Of a stretch of DNA of 64,000 nucleotides, positions 24,401 to 38,739 are shown piece by piece. Made by a program: the position numbers and the translations under genes. Numbering within the stretch: position 1 is the stretch's first letter; the number at the start of each line of letters is the position of its first letter. The stretch comes from Euglena gracilis (taxonomy: Eukaryota): the NCBI GenBank assembly GCA_039621445.1, contig CP154954.1:40293572-40357571 (forward strand). Reading direction: 5' to 3'. The notes beneath the pieces were generated by a model, which worked only from the letters and a program-made list of their open reading frames with translations, did not search any database and was not told where the DNA came from.

Positions 24401-25400
24401 GAGAAAGCAAGCAGCAACGGCTAAGGCGGCAAGCAAGCAATGCAAAGCAAGGAGAACGCGTGAAAAGAGTGGCTGGGCGTGGCCGAAAAGCAAGCAAATG
24501 GTGCAGGTCTGAAGCAAGGCGGGAAAAAGGGCTGCTAGAGCGGCCGAAAAAGCAAATGGCGCGCGAAAGCAAGCAAAATGGTTGCCAGTGTGGCCGAAGC
24601 AAGCAAATGCTAGCGTGGCCGCACGAAGAAAGCAGCAATGGCTGCGGCTGGTCCGAAGCAAGCAAATGGCTGGGAGCGTGCCCGAATAAAGGCAAATGGG
24701 CCGTCTGAAGACGCAAAATGGGCTGGCCCGCGGTCCGAAAACAAGCAATGGCTTGGCCAGTGTGCCAGCAAGCAGCAAATGGCTGCCGCGCGGCCAAAAG
24801 CAAGCAAGCAAATGGCCTGCCGGCATGGCGTGTGAAGCAAGCAAATGGCGGGCGGAGAGCCGAATCAAGAAGCAATATGGCCGGTCGAAGCAAGTGTAGC
24901 TGGCGACGGGCAAAATGCAAGGGCAGGCCGAAGATCAAAAGCAAAATTTAACACCCTCAAGCAAATTCCTAGAAACAGCAAATTCGCCAGGTTTGAAGCA
25001 AGCAACTGCCAGGGCAAGCAATGGCATAACATTGCAGCAGCAAGCAAATGCCGCAAGCCGGCTCCCGAAGCAAAAAAAACCACAAAAGCAACTCCAAACC
25101 CCAAAGCAAGCAAATGGCTGGCGCGGCCGAAGCAAGCAAATGCCGGTTGAAGCAAGCAAATGGTGTCGCGTGGCCGAAGAAAGCAATGGCCAAGGTGGCG
25201 GATGAAAGCAATGGGAAGAAAGCAAAATGGCACGGCCAAAGCAAAGCAAGCAAATGGCTGCGGCATGGCTGAAGCAAGCAAAGGTTGGTCCGAAGCAAGC
25301 AAAGAAGCAATTCGATGCAGACTGATGGGGGGCAAGCAACATTGGTGAGAGGAAGCATGGCTGCCACAGCATGAAGGAAGCAAGCAAAAGGTCTGGGGAA
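21420..25400. repeat. ~25-30-bp degenerate satellite with core GGCCGAAGCAAGCAAATGGCTGC
   Basis: More than 100 copies of AAGCAAGCAAATGG; degrades after ~23700. Confidence 0.93.
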
Positions 25401-28400
25401 GAAGGTGTTTGGGCGTGAGAGTTTGAAGGGGCAGATGCAAGTTTGGGCAAACAGTGCGCAGCCACAAGCCCCATAACCAAAAGCAAATGCCTTTCTTGGT
25501 GGCCACTTTTGAACGGGTGGTGTGCAAAAATATGGCAGGTGGAGGGCAGGGCAATGGCCCAGTTGCTTGCGACGGAAGCTGCTTATCTGACAACACTGCT
25601 GATGTTTTGGTGGTGGTCATATGGGCCCACACAGCGCGAGGGTGGCCAAGGGGGGAGAGATGGCTGTTGCATAAATTACGTGGGCTTTGGAAAGCTTCGT
25701 TTTTTGGCAAATGGTTTTAGGGACGGCATTTACCCCCTCCCCCCATAGTCGTACGACCACCCATCATGACGGACCACCCCCGGTCACAGGTGCAGGTGGT
25801 CAGGGGGGGTGTATGACACCCCCCCCGTCAGGGTGCAGGTTGCGTTGCGAAAACATTTTAAACCCCAAAAAAAAGTACCCCCGGCCGGTCGAGCAAAAAT
25901 CCATGAAATTTGACCCCCCCCAAAATAAGGTCCCCCTGCCGGCCAAAGCGCCGGATTTTGAAAATGGGACATTTTGGGGGGGGGTAAGAATCTGCCATTT
26001 TGGGATAGTTTTCACCCTTCTACACCCCGCCCTCATCTATGGCCACCCCCGGTCACAGGTTGCAGGTTATGGGGGTGTTTTTGACCCCCCCCCCCCGTCA
26101 CAGGTTGCAGGAGGAACCCGGTCATACACTAGGGGGGGGGGGTGGGGGGGGGCCGGAGCTGCGGTGCCGTTGGGGGGGGGGGTGGGCCCCGTTTGGCTGC
26201 TGGGCTGGGGGGGGGTCCTGCAAGCAGCATGTTCTGCGCTGTGATTGTGGTGCATCCGTGCTTTGGCCGGTTGGCTTCCCCGGCCATCTTTCCTTTTCGC
26301 TTTGTTAGGTCCTTTGCCTGCGGGCTTTTTGTCTCTTGGTTCGGCGTCTTGCTTGGCGTGCTTTCTGCGGGACTTCGTTGGGCGGTGTCCTTTTGGGGGT
26401 TTGGGTGTGGCGGAGTCCTCCTGGTGGGGGGTGGGTGGTTTTGGTTGCGCCCACGGATGTCGAACGGTGGCTCTTTTGTGGTTGGGGGGGGGGGGGGGGG
26501 GGGCGAGTTGGGAGGTCTTGGGGGGTGGGGTGTTTGTTTTTTTTGGTTTGGGGGGGTTGGAGTTTTGTTTTGTGGATTTTCGCGGGTTGTGGTTCGTTGG
26601 GTGGGGGGTAGGGCTCCCCCGTCGTGCTTTTGTTTGCTTGTTTGGGGGGGGGGTTTTGGTTTTAGGTTTCTTGCTGTTTTTCTTTTGGCTGCGCCCTCAT
26701 TTCGTGTTTGGGCAGGGGTTGTGGGGGGGGGGCTGCGGGGGGTTTTGTTGTTGTGTTTTTTTTTTGTTTGGTTTTTTGTGTTTTTGGGGTGAGGGTATGT
26801 GTTTCTGCGACACAGGGGGATGCCAGGCGGCCCCAGCAGCCCCGGCTGCTCATACGGTTGAAGCGGCGGGATGGCTTGGCTTTTCCCATGGGAAGGATTG
26901 TTCTTGTCAGGAGGTGCAGTACCCGGCAATTTGTTATGGGGGGGCTTTTTCTTGGACAGGTGGGGGGGCTGGGGTGGGGGGTTTTCCAACCCCCCCCCCC
27001 CCGGGGGGTTCATGCAGCTTCGGCAAGCGGCCTCGAAAATGAAATTGCTTCATTTTTTAGGATTTGCACATGTCCGTCCTTTGGTGTATCGCAGGGTGTT
27101 TAAATGGTTAAAAATGAGCAGTTTTGCGTTTATTTTTGGTGAAGAATAAAAAAAAAACTGTTTTTGAAATTTTGGCTTTTGCCATCCGGCCCTTTGACGG
27201 CCCAATATGATGGATTTTTCAGACGGCGCGGGTGCAGGGGAGGAGGGGGGCTACCTCCCTCCATGTTCGGAGCGTGGGGGGTGGTGGGTGTGGGGGGTGC
27301 CTGCTTCCCCACCCCAAAAATCCGTGCCGCACCCAAAGGACGGTCTTCCCCGGAAGAAGGGTGGGCATGCTTGTTTGCTGTGTCAGGGCTCTTTTTTCAT
27401 TGGGAGGGGCGGTGTGGGGGGGGGGGGGTGGGGGAGTGTGGGGGGATGGAGTTGTGGTTTTTTCAGGTTCGGATTTGTTGGGTGCAGTAAAGGGGGGGGG
27501 TGGTGCAGCTTAAAAAGCTGTTTTTCTAGAAGCCCCCCCCCCCCGGGGGGGTTTCTGTTTCCAAGTGGGTTCTAGCAAGGGCTAGTAGTGGAAATTTGTG
27601 ACCGGCGCGGAGGAAATTTTTTTTGGGACCCTAAAATGGCCAAAAATGGTTTTTGGCCATTTTGGGGAATGTGGAACAAAATCAGCACCCCTGGTTAAAA
27701 AGCCATTTCGCGGGAGCGGGGAAGGTTTTTTTTGTGTGGGGGAACCCCGGGCCCCAATACCAGTGCCGCAGGTGGGCTGAGCGGACTCCCCCAAGGGCCA
27801 ATGAGCTTGAAGCCAAAGGGCTGTCCCTTTTTCGTTTGGAAGTGGAAGTGGTGGGATGTTGCTAGCATTGAAAAGGGGGGGGGGGTGGTGGGGGGGGTGT
27901 GGGCTGGTGGGTAGAAGTGTTGGGGTGGTGGCGTTTTTGATGGTGTCCCCATACTTTTTTTCGCTCGTGCGGAGACGGAGGGGTGGTCCGTGGATTGGGT
28001 TTTGGGGGTCAGGGGGTGGCGGGCCATAGGTTGTTTGGGTGGGACCCCAATGGGGCTAGTTATGGGAAGGATGAGGGGCGAGGGGGTTGGATGTCAATTG
28101 TGAAAGTAGTGTCTAGGTTGGAAGGCCAGGACCCCCCCCCCGGGGGGGTCCTTAAAAAAAGCTGGCTGGCCCAGCTAGCAGCCCCCAAATGGCTGGGCCA
28201 CTTTTGCGGAGGAGGATGAACTTGTCAATGTTTTAGTTCCGGAGGGCTCTTGTTGTTTTCAGGGTTTCTTTTAGCCTTGGACCCATAGGGGGGGGTGGGT
28301 GAGCGGCGGTTTTGGGTGTTAGCCGAGTGGTGCTAGTCGCGGTGGGGTTTTCCTGCGGGTGGGGGGCGGCTGGGGGGGGTCGGGGCGCGGGGGGGGGTAG

Positions 28401-29339
28401 GGGGCACTTTTTTTGGGGCGGAGGCTGGGGCTTTTCGGTTCCAGAGTGTCTTTTTGTATCAGGAGAGTGGCTGGGCTTGGCGGGGGTGGGGGGGGGGTGG
28501 TTTGGTTGGGTTTGCCCCACCCCTCCCTCCTGGATTACTTTCCGACGATGGCACTGAAATTTTTGAAAAGGAGCCTTTTTTTAGGATTTTCGTGATTTTT
28601 GGCCATCTGTGTGGAAAAGTGTGTGGGGGGGGTGTTGCGGGGACCCCCTGTCTTAAAAAAGCCCCTGTTCCCAGTCCCCCTCCCCCCCCCGCAGGATGAA
28701 TGTCGTGTTTCTTTTGAAGAGTGGAAGTGACCATATGTGAGGAGAGGAAATGTGTGCCGGGTTTGTCGGAAACATTTTTTTGTTTTCAGGTGCTGAAGGT
28801 ATTGGATACTGTGGTTGAAAAATGGTCTTCATGCGGGTGGGCTTTGCACAAGGCATGCCTCCAAATAAAAAGATCCGTGCTGGCAGCCATTTTCAGCTGG
28901 TCTTTGTTGTTGGTTGGCAGACAATTTTGGAGAGAAGGCTGGGCCGGCTTGCAGCTGAGCTGGGGCTCCCCAAGGGGCCAGAATGATTTTCAAATATAAG
29001 TGGCTGATCGTTCACTTTTGAAAATTGAAAGTGTTGGTCAGTGCCAGTGTGGTAGCGTTGCACGTGGGGTGGGGGGGGGGGGGGTGGGGGGGGGGGGGGG
29101 GGGGGGGTGGCTGTGCATGCGTTCGCATGTGTTTTTGATGGTGTCCCCATACTGTTCATCTCCCCGTTCTCAGGTTATGAAACGGCAGATGGAGGAGGGC
29201 CAGGATGTGCATTTGTGTTCCCCCACAAGAGGCAGTTACTGGACCTGGATGGCTACAGCAGGATGGCTTTCAAGCCCCATATTGGGATTTTCCAGATGTT
29301 CTGGGTGTTCCCTAACAAGGAGGTGCAGTACCCGCACCC

Positions 29340-29791
29340 CAGGGATGTATGGGAAGCCTTTCGGGTTTGGGGTAGATTGTGCGGGGGGGGGTCGCAAGAC
29401 CCTCCCCCCCAATGGGGTAGGGTGGTTGGGTCCAGACCCCCCTGGTTCCAAAAATATCGGACAGTTTGCTGCCAGCGCTGCATTTCGACAAATGCAAAGT
29501 TTGCTCCCCCCTCATTTTTCAGGATATTGCACATTGTCAATGCTTTGATGTTATCCGCAGGGTGTAAAATGGTTAAAAATGAGCAGTTTTTGTGTTTATT
29601 TTGGTGAAGAATCAAAAAATTGTTGTTGAGCAGTTTTGGCTTGCCATCCGGCCCTTTGACGGCCCATATGATGGATAGTTTTCCGAGCATTTTCCGTTTC
29701 GCAGTCGCAGGCGGGGTCCGACCCTCCCCCTGTCGCGTTCGGAGGCGGGGGGGGGGGGTTGGACTCCCCCTCGGCTTCCCATACATCCCTG
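29340..29791. mobile_element. hAT-like MITE family B
   Basis: 18-bp TIR CAGGGATGTATGGGAAGC; TSD CCGCACCC/CCGCATCC. Confidence 0.85.
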
Positions 29792-30715
29792 CCGCATCCA
29801 AAGGACGGTTCTTCCCCGAGAAGGTGTGGCAATGCTGTTATGCTGTCAAGGGCTCTAATTTCATTGGGAGGGCAGGTGGGGAGCCAGCCCCCATTCCTGG
29901 GTCCACTTTTTTTGCGGCGGAGGCTCGACTTGTGTTTTAGTTCCAGAGTGGCTCTTTGTTGTTTTCAGGAGTTCTTTTAGTCTTGGACCCCTATGGGGGG
30001 GGTAGGGGGGGGTGGTTGGGTCTGCCCCCCCCCCCTCCCTCCTGGATATACTTTCCGAAGGCGATTGAAAATTTTTGAAAAGGAGCCTTTTTTTTAGGAT
30101 TTTCGTGATTTTTGGCCATCTGTGTGGAAAAGTGTGTGGGGGGGTGTTGCGGGGACCCCCTGTCTTAAAAAAGCCCCTGTGCCCAGTCCCCCTCCCCCCC
30201 CCCCGCAGGATGAATGTCGTGTTTCTTTTGAAGAGTGGAAGTGACCATACGTGAGGAGAGGAAATGTGTGCCGGGTTTGTCGGAAACATTTTTTTGTTTT
30301 CAGGTGCTGAAGGTATTGGATACTGTGGTCGAAAAATGGTCTTCATGCGGGTGGGCTTTGCACAAGGCATGCCTCCAAACAAAAAGATCCGTGCTGGCAG
30401 CCATTTTCAGCTGGTCTTTGTTGTTGGTTGGCAGACAATTTTAGGAGAGAAGGCTGGGCCGGCTTGCAGCTGAGCTGGGGCTCCCCAAGGGGCCAGAATG
30501 ATTTTCAAAAAAAAATGGCTGATCGTTCACTTTTGAAAATTGAAAGTGTTGGTCAGTGCCAGTGTGGTAGCGTGCAGTGGGGGTGGGGGGGGGGGGTGGG
30601 GGGGGGGTGGGGGGGGGGTGGGTGCTGCGCACTCTGGGTGGGGTGGCGCCCACACTTGGGGGTGGCGGGCCCTCCCCCCCCGGTAAAAAAAGCCTGGTCC
30701 ACTTTTTGCTGTCGG

Positions 30716-31177
30716 CAGGGGGGGAAAAATGCGTTTCGCATTTTCCCGCATTTTTGCGCATTTTTTGCGCATTTTGTCAAATTTTCCAAAAATGCGCATT
30801 TTTTTGCGCATTTTTTCGCATTTTTTGCGCAAATTTTTTTCAGCGCATTTTTTTGCTTTTTGGCACATTTTTTCGTGATTTTCCAAAATTTTCGCATTTT
30901 TTGACCATTTTGCAATTTTTTGCAAAAATTTGAAATTTTCGACTTTTTTTTGAAACTTACATTTTCCTCATTATTCTACATAATTTCTTCAAATTTGGTG
31001 CCATTTTTTGCGTGTTTTTGGGTAATTTTTGCATTTTCGTGATTTTTGCGCATTTTTTCTCGGATTTTGCACATTTTTGCGCATTTTTTTCCAAAAATGC
31101 GCATTTTTTGCGCATTTTTTTTGCGCTTTTTTGCGCATTTTTTCCGAGGCCGGGCGAGCGCATTTCCCCCCCCCCTG
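30716..31177. mobile_element. TIR element with (TTTTGCGCAT)n interior (copy 58960-59401)
   Basis: CAGGGGGGG-AAAATGCG...CGCATTT-CCCCCCCTG ends; 7-bp TSD CTGTCGG. Confidence 0.72.
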
Positions 31178-34100
31178 CTGTCGGACCGAATAGCAAAATT
31201 TTTGCCCTATCCCTACTCCTTCAATCACGACTGAGAGAAAGTGTGGCAGGGGGATGGCGAAACAGAACCCCTCTCAGACACCCCCGCTTACCCCGCTTGG
31301 CACTTTCCCATTTCACCCGATTTTTCCGACAAATAAATGCTTTCAGCAACGATGTGGTTTTGCTTTTGAGAAGTTTGGTTAATCAATCTGGGACACCCAG
31401 TTAATCGCTTGGTCCCTGCTTTGGTGGTTAATTGATCATCCCTGCCACCCCCTGGGGGGGTCCAGGCAGCACCATTTTCCCAGCCGGTTCCCAATTTGGA
31501 GTCAAAACTGAATTTCAGCAGCAGGCATTTTTCTAATTTTTGCAATTCGGGGGCGTTGAGCGGTGGTCAGGCTTGCTTAGTGGGTGCACACCCATGGGGG
31601 GTGGGGGTGCTAGGGGCAGGCACCCCATAGCACCCGATCCGACCCCCCCCCCAGGGGGTAGGGTTTTGGGGGGGCCCATAGCAGGCACCCCTCCGACCCC
31701 GGCGCCGGGTGCCCGGAAAAGCCATTTTCGATGAAAAAATTGGGTCCCCAGACCCCCCCCCCGGGGTGTGTCTGCTAGGGGCAGGCACCATATAGCACCC
31801 CCCCGGGTTGGTAAGCACAAGCATGCCAGTGGTTGCGCTGGTGTTATGGGGTTTTGGGGTGGGGTGGGGAACAGGCATTCATTTGGTGTGGGACACCAAG
31901 GTTGTCATTTTGGGGTTCACTGTGGACACGAAAACTTTTTTTGTGGTTCATGTGTGGACACCAAAATTTTTGTGGTTCACCTGTGGACACCAAAAAAAAT
32001 TTGTGGTTCATGTGTGCCGCAACAAAAAATTTGATTGTGCGCCACGTGCACCGCGGAAAGCAGTTTTGTGCCGCGGCAAACTTCGCCGCGGCGAACTAAG
32101 TGAAAGTCTCAATCCAATGCGCTGCAAATCTTTTCTAAAAGAAGAAGGATTTGACAGTTGGGAAACGTTTCCATTAATCACCGTGGATGGCACGAATGGT
32201 GATTCCCCATCCGATCCCCAAAGGAGTTGGCAATGGTTGAGGAGGCCAAGAAATTGATTGGGTCCAATCCTCATTGTTGTGAGTGTTGGGGGGCTCCGTT
32301 TCATGCCCACCGGTGTCTGGGACCTCGAGGCATCGTGTTTCTGCCCGAAGGCATCGACTTGAATGTGTCCGCAGCAAAAATTTTATGTGGACCGCGTGCA
32401 GCGGAAAGAACTTGTGGGTTCGCCCCCCCTAAATGAAATCTGAATCCAATGTTGCGGCGCTACAAATTTTTGGAAAAATTTTTTTGAAGAGTGGAAGTGA
32501 CCATTTGGGGGGGAGAGGAAATGTGGAGGGGGGGAGGGGGGTGTGGGTTGTTTGGGGTGGTGCGTGGCTTGTGGGGGGGGGGGGTGTGGGTTGCCGGGTG
32601 GGTGTTGTTGTGGGGGGGGTTTTGGTTTGGTGTGTTGGGGCATGGGAGTGGGTGGGTGGGGGGGGGGGGCAGATTGATTTGGGGCTGGCTGGGGGTTCGT
32701 TTTTTTTGTGGTTGGTGTGGTGTGCGTGCACGTGGGGGTGGGGTGGGGGGGTGGGGTGGGGGGTGGGGGGGGGGTGGCTGTGGGGGGGGTGGGGGGTCTT
32801 AAAAGAAGCCTGGTCCACTTGGGGGGGGGGGAAAAATGCGGTTTTTTTGCATTTTTGGGTGGTGCATTTTTTGATGTTGTTTTTTTGCGTTTTTTTTTGC
32901 TGTTTTTTTTGTTTTTTCGATTTTTTTCCACTCTTTTTTTTTTTGTTTGAATTTTTTCTTTTTGTTTTTTTTTTTTTTTTGTTTTTTGTTTTTGTGTGTT
33001 TTTGTTTTGTTTTTTTGTTTTTTTTTTGCGTTCTCTTTTTTTTGCTTTTTTTTGCGTTTTTTTGTTTTTTTTTTTTTTTTTTTTTTTTGGTTTTGTTTTT
33101 TTTTTTTTGTTTTTTTTTTTTTTTTTTTTTTCCGACTTTTTTTGTTGTTTTTTTTTTTTTTTTTTTTTACTCCTTTTTTCAGTTTTGTTTTTTTTTTCCC
33201 ATTTCAACCCCAGATTTTTAAATTTTTTTTTTTTTTGAGAAGTGAATCAATCTGGGACACCCAGTTAATCGCTGGTCCCTGCTTGGTGGTTTTTGATCAT
33301 CCCCCCCCCCTGGCAGACCATTTCCCCCGGTTCCCCCACAGTCAAAACTGAATTTCAGCAGCAGTTTTTCTAATTTTTGCAATTCGGGGGCGTTGAGCGG
33401 TTTTTTGCTTAGTGGGGACACCCCAGGGGGGGGGGGGGGTGGGGTGCTAGGGGGGGCACCCATAGCACCCGACCGACCTCCCCCCCCGGGGGGTAGGGTT
33501 GGCCCATAGCAGGCCCCCCCCTCCGACCCCGGCGCCGGGTGCCGGAGGGAAAATTGGGTTCGGGAGGAAAAAGCGGCATTGGGGCAGAAGGGGGGGTGTG
33601 ATCAGTGGTTGCAGGTTATGGGGTTGGGTTGTGGGTGGTGGGGATGGGGACAGCATGCGGGTGGTTGGTGTGGTACACCAAGGTAGTCATTTTGTGGGTT
33701 CACTGTGGACACGAAAACTTTTTTGTTTTTGGATGTGTGGACACCAAAATTTTTTGTGGTTCACCTGTGGACACCAAAAAAAATTTGTGGTTCACATGTG
33801 TGCCGCAACAAAAATTTGAGCCCCACCCCCGAAAAAAAAAGCAGTTTTGTTAAAAAACTTGTGCCGCGGCGCACTAAGTGAAAAAATGCGGCAAATTCAA
33901 TAAAAAAGAAAAGGAAAAAACCGTGAAAGTGGAATGTGGGGGGAGGGGCCAAGAGGAAAAGATGTGGGAGTGTTGTGAGGGGGGGTCCGTCTTCATGCTG
34001 GGGAGGAACCGGGGTGGGGGGGGTGTGGGGGCGCCGCGTGGGGAATTTGTGGGGGTCGCCGCGGCGGGAGTTGCGGCGCTACAAATTTTTTGTGGTTTTT

Positions 34101-37100
34101 TTTTTTGTGGCTTGTGGGGGGGGGTGTGGGTGGATGGGGTTGGTGGAACCCAGGGAGGGTGGGGCTGGGTTGGGGATTTTTGGCCCCCTGGTTTGGTGTC
34201 TGGGATTGGAGTTTTTTTGTGCGGGGTGCAGGGAAGGGGGTGGGGGGGGGGGGGGAGGGGGAGGGCGGGTGGGGGTGTCCCCCCCGGGGGGGGGGGGTGG
34301 TGGGGGGGAGGGGGGTGGGGGCGCGAGGAGTGGGAATGCATCGGGATCATAAGTTTTTGCTTAAGGACCCCTGGGGGGGGGGGTACTGGCTAGCCAATCG
34401 GCTGGACACTGGAAAAATTGGACCAGCTAAACCCCCCCCCCCCCCTCCCCCTCCCCCGGGCTGGAAAAATGAGGTTTTTAACAGGGTTTTGGCTGATTTT
34501 GTTCCAAAAATTCCCAAAAATAGCCAAACACGGGCATTTTTGGCCATTTTTGAGTGTCCCAAAAAATTTTTTGGCGCTTCGCGCCGGTCACTGGAAAAAA
34601 AATTTCCACTAGCTAGCCCTGCTAGAAAACCCACTAGCCAAATTTGGACTAGCTGCTGTCCAGCCCCCCCCCCCCGGGGGCACTGCAATCCCTCAAGACA
34701 AAACCTGATGGGGGTTTGCGGGTGCCCATCTCCCCTGCGTCACGGCGAGAAACTTTTTTAAAGAATTTTTGTTTTGTTTTTCGTCCCTCGGTGCATTCAG
34801 GCCAGCCTGGCACTCGGCCACCCCCTCCAGTCCACCCTTGAGCCATGGTGCTGCTGCAGCTGCCATCGCCCACCGAGGACCCGTTCCCCATCTGCCAATT
34901 CAGTGCCCCCTGCTCCCCCCCCCCCCCCGCGGCAGCTCACCGTTTCTGGGTGTCCCTCAACCGTGGACGCTGGTACGCACCCCCAGGAGGGTGCACTGAA
35001 CGCGTGCGATGGACACATGTGTGGGGGGCATATGATGGTGGAATGGAAGCATGCTTTACCCCCACCTCAACCCCAGGCCATACAACCCACAGACATGCAG
35101 ATGTGCACGTTTCTGGAGAACGCTCGCACACACACGCACACGCACTCGATGAAGGTTCAACGTCTAACGCACGACACATGCAGTCCACCAGGGTTGGCGT
35201 TTTTCCCCAGTGGGGTATGTTGCCAAGGGGCACTGAAGGCAGGCAGGAGCGCAGGAGCAACAGCGCCTTCTGGTTGCTTCACACCTGGCATCCCCATCAT
35301 TATAGGTTGGATTGATTTGGCTGTGAGGGCCACGGTGGGTCAGGCGGTTAATTTGTCACCCAGGTGCAAGAGGGGGCACACTGATCCCTCAGTTTGTCCC
35401 ATCCCGCCGATGCCCTCCGGGCAGGTGCCCCTGAATAAAGGCTTGGTGGAGTTTTCATGGAGAAGCTGTGTGGTTTATTCTGTTGTCAATTTTTTTGCAA
35501 AATTTCTGCAAACACGTCATTGGGGGGTGCATTCAATTCTGTCAAGTTTTGAGAAGTTTTTTTTTTGATTGTTTCCCATGTGGGCGGGGTTGCAGCCTGC
35601 CCATATGCCGCCCCACCACCAGACACATGATGCCCAGGCAAGGCATTTTACAACCCCAAGCCAGACAACGGGTGAAAGGTGGTTAGTGGTGGCCAATGGT
35701 CAACTGCTTCTGGCCGTGTTCTTGGCCTGCTTTCCTGCTCTTTCTGCCCTTCTTCCTTCGGCCACCTCCTTTGATGCGGTCTTGCGTCGTTCTGCAGCGC
35801 TTCAGCAGCTTTGAAGCAGTTTTGCCACCTTGGACCTGTCTTGAGGGCTTTGGTCTTGCACTTGCCGTGGTTCAGCTTTGGCTGCTTTGGACCTCTTTCC
35901 GCTTCGCAGTGGCCACCTTGGCCACATTGGGCCCTGCTCACCGTGCTTTGGCTGCAAAGGCAGCCAAAAGGTTTGCTTCGGCCAGCTCGAGTTTCTACCA
36001 GTGCTCTATCTGCTCTCCTCACACCTTGTGCCTGTTTTCTTGGCCACCCTGTTTGTTTCTTGGGTCGTGCCAGAAACAAGGCCATTGCATGAGGTTTAGG
36101 TTCAGGCATTGGATGATAAGTGCCTTGCCATGCCATGCATTTGATTTGATACACTGACCAATGTTGATGTGTCTCCTGATGTTTGGTGGTGGGTGGCATT
36201 GGGCCAGGGCAGACAATGCTGGTTGTATTGACGGTCGCCGCATATTTTATCTTTTTTTTTGCGGCAATTTGTTTCCACAACAAAAAAGTTGGTTCCACCA
36301 GAACCCAGTCCAGTGGGAAAAGAGCTCTCAGTGGTGGCTGTGTGCTTAATCTGGGCGGGTCTTTTTTCAGATGGCTAACCAAATGTTTGGCCGTCCGTTT
36401 TGGTGGGGGCAGCATGAGGTCCGAAGCCGTTCGCAGAAAAAACAGGCACCAATGCTTTGCACTCTGGGATGGGCCACACCGGGGTCGCCAGAAGGCAGCC
36501 CCGCCGCAGCCGCTGGCAGAGTGGCGGAGGCGGGTGGGCTGGAGCGGCATGCGCCCAGCCGCGACGGTGAAGATAAGGTGTGCGTGTGTGGGTGGGGGTT
36601 TGAACAATCAATTGGCATTCCTTCGTTCTCCATCCTTGCCATTTATTATTTTTGCTGAAATGGAGGGCCTTACTTTTGGGGGGGGGTTACAGGCTTGTGC
36701 TTAGTCAGGTGCCCACCCCATGGGGGGGGTGCCAGGGGCAGGCACCCTCCAGCACTCATCTGACTACCCCCCGGGGGCCATTTTGGCCATTTGGTTTGGC
36801 AAAAATTGCTCTTTTTGCGCCTTTTTTCCGCCAGCAATTTTGCATTTTTGCTGGAAAAGTTTTTTGATTGCCAAAATTCCTCGTTTGACCCAATACAGAA
36901 AATGTGATACCAAATTTGTCAATTTTTTGCTCGAAGATAAGCATTCTGTTGACCCCCCCCCAAAAAACGCAGAATTGACAAAATTTTCGGCGTCGGGGGA
37001 TGATCGGGGGCAAACCGAGGAGTTTTTCATTCAGTCAAAGAATTCCCAGCAAGGATCTAAAAGTCGACAGGAAAAAAACACAAAAAAACGCAAATTTTCA

Positions 37101-38574
37101 CAAAATCGAAAAACACAAAAAAAAACAAAATAAAACACATTTGCGTCCCCCCCTGCACCGGGGATTGTGTCTGCCAAGAAACAGTTGTTGTTTTTTTTTT
37201 GCCCCCCACGTGGCTTCACGAGAATCCCCGAAACGCGGCGGGTGGTTGGAGGAGGGGTGGTCGACACCCCCCCCCAATCCTGTTGGGGGGTCCTACCTCT
37301 CCACCTATTTCAGGTGGGGAACCAAGCTGCCCCCCCCCCCGCCCACCAAACTGGATTCCTACAATCGTTGGTGGGCAAGGTGCACAAGCACAAGGAAATT
37401 TCTTTTGCAAATTTTGAACCAACCACCAGGCCGTATTTTAGTTGGGTGCTGACCAGGCTTGTGCTGAGTCGGGTGCCTACCCACGGGGGGGGGGTGCTAG
37501 GGGCAGGCACCCTATAGCACCCGATCCGACCCCCCCCCCCAGGGGGTAGGGTTTTGGGGGTGCCTGCCCACAGCAGGCACCCCCCTCCGACCCCGGCGCC
37601 GGGTGCCCGGAAAAGACAATTTCAATGAAAATTTCTGGGTCCCCCCCCGGAACCCCCCCGGGGTGTGTCTGCTCGTGGCAGGCACCCTATAGCACCCACC
37701 CACCTCCTCCCCCCCCGGGTTGGAAAGCACAAGCTTGTTGCCTGTGGCCTTTTGGAGTCCCTCCTGGCAATCCCTCCTGGCAAAGCAATGGCATGTTCCC
37801 TATCCCCCAAACTCCCCGTTGATGCCACAACCTCTGCCTCTCAGCACCCCCAAATCCCAAAATGTTTTCGGGGCCAGATTGTTTTAATGCCAGGAAATGG
37901 GGGGATCCAAAATGGGCAGAGGGACCCCCCATTTTTAAAAAGGAAATCCCTGGTGGCTGGCTAATTTTATTCCTATGGTATTTCCCCTTGGTGAAGCTTC
38001 TGAATTTAAAGGAGTATAAACCGTAATTACTCGTGAATGCTTGATGGAATACTTTCAAAACAAATGTCGCTTTAAAAGATGTTGATACAGATGAGAGTGC
38101 CAAAGACGAAATACGTTGATATTTTTATTCCATATTTCTATGATTCCACCCTGGCTGCAGTTGAGTCGGGGCTCCCCAGGGTCAGAAGTGGGTGATTGGG
38201 TTCATTTATGGCCAGTTTCCCCCCCAGGACCCTGTCTTGGTGGGGTCCTGGGGGGGGTCCCGCAATTCTTGGCAAAATTTTTGCACCAAAAGATGAGGTT
38301 ATTTTGAAGACTGGGGGGGGTCGGGGGGGGGGGCGCGGTAGCCCCTCCCCCCCCCCCCCCGGCAGCGGGCACAGAAGGCGCCCGGAACTCCACGGTCAGT
38401 GGGTCCTGTGGGCACCGTCCCCCGGTGGGTGCTGGGGGGGGGGGGTCCTTTGGGGTTGGGGTCCTGGGGGGGAACTGGCCATGACTCGATTGGTTTCCAG
38501 AAAAAAGCAGCTGACTGTTTTCTTTTTGGGGGTGAAAATGAACAGGGGGTGGCACGGTCATAACCTGTGTATGT

Positions 38575-38607
38575 GGGTGTTGGTGCGCGTGTGCGTGTGC
38601 GTGTGCA

Positions 38608-38647
<40 letters not shown>

Positions 38648-38698
38648 TGTGGGTGGTGTGGGTGTGGGTGTGGGTGGGTGTGTGTGTGCGTGTGTGTG
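38575..38698. repeat. (GTGC)n/(GT)n microsatellite
   Basis: Direct reading of the sequence. Confidence 0.9.
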
Positions 38699-38739
38699 GA
38701 CGCATTTGTGCCCATGTGCCCCCCTCCATCCATTCTCAG

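Larger units (their letters stand above)
26860..36990 (+). repeat. ~10-kb segmental duplication, copy 1 (partner ~54050-64000)
   Basis: Near-identical ORF translations at offset 27002 (35648 vs 62650; 36183 vs 63185); same element order. Confidence 0.9.

Noticed and set aside
21420-25400. CRISPR-like appearance of AAGCAAGCAAATGGC repeats
   Set aside because: Spacers are short and related to each other, there are no cas genes, and the context is eukaryotic.
1-25500. Numerous 60-340-aa ORFs in the satellites
   Set aside because: Translations of tandem repeats in all frames, broken by homopolymer changes, with no protein motifs.
32400-34350. Poly-T/G region giving Phe-, Lys- and Gly-rich ORFs (similar noise at 26.1-28.5 kb)
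   Set aside because: Looks like a garbled version of sequence at 58.4-61.4 kb; probably low-quality consensus.
35648-36607. 319-aa minus-strand ORF (duplicate at 62650-63609)
   Set aside because: No recognisable domain; K/A/E-rich coding-like stretches shift between frames, so at most an unassignable remnant.
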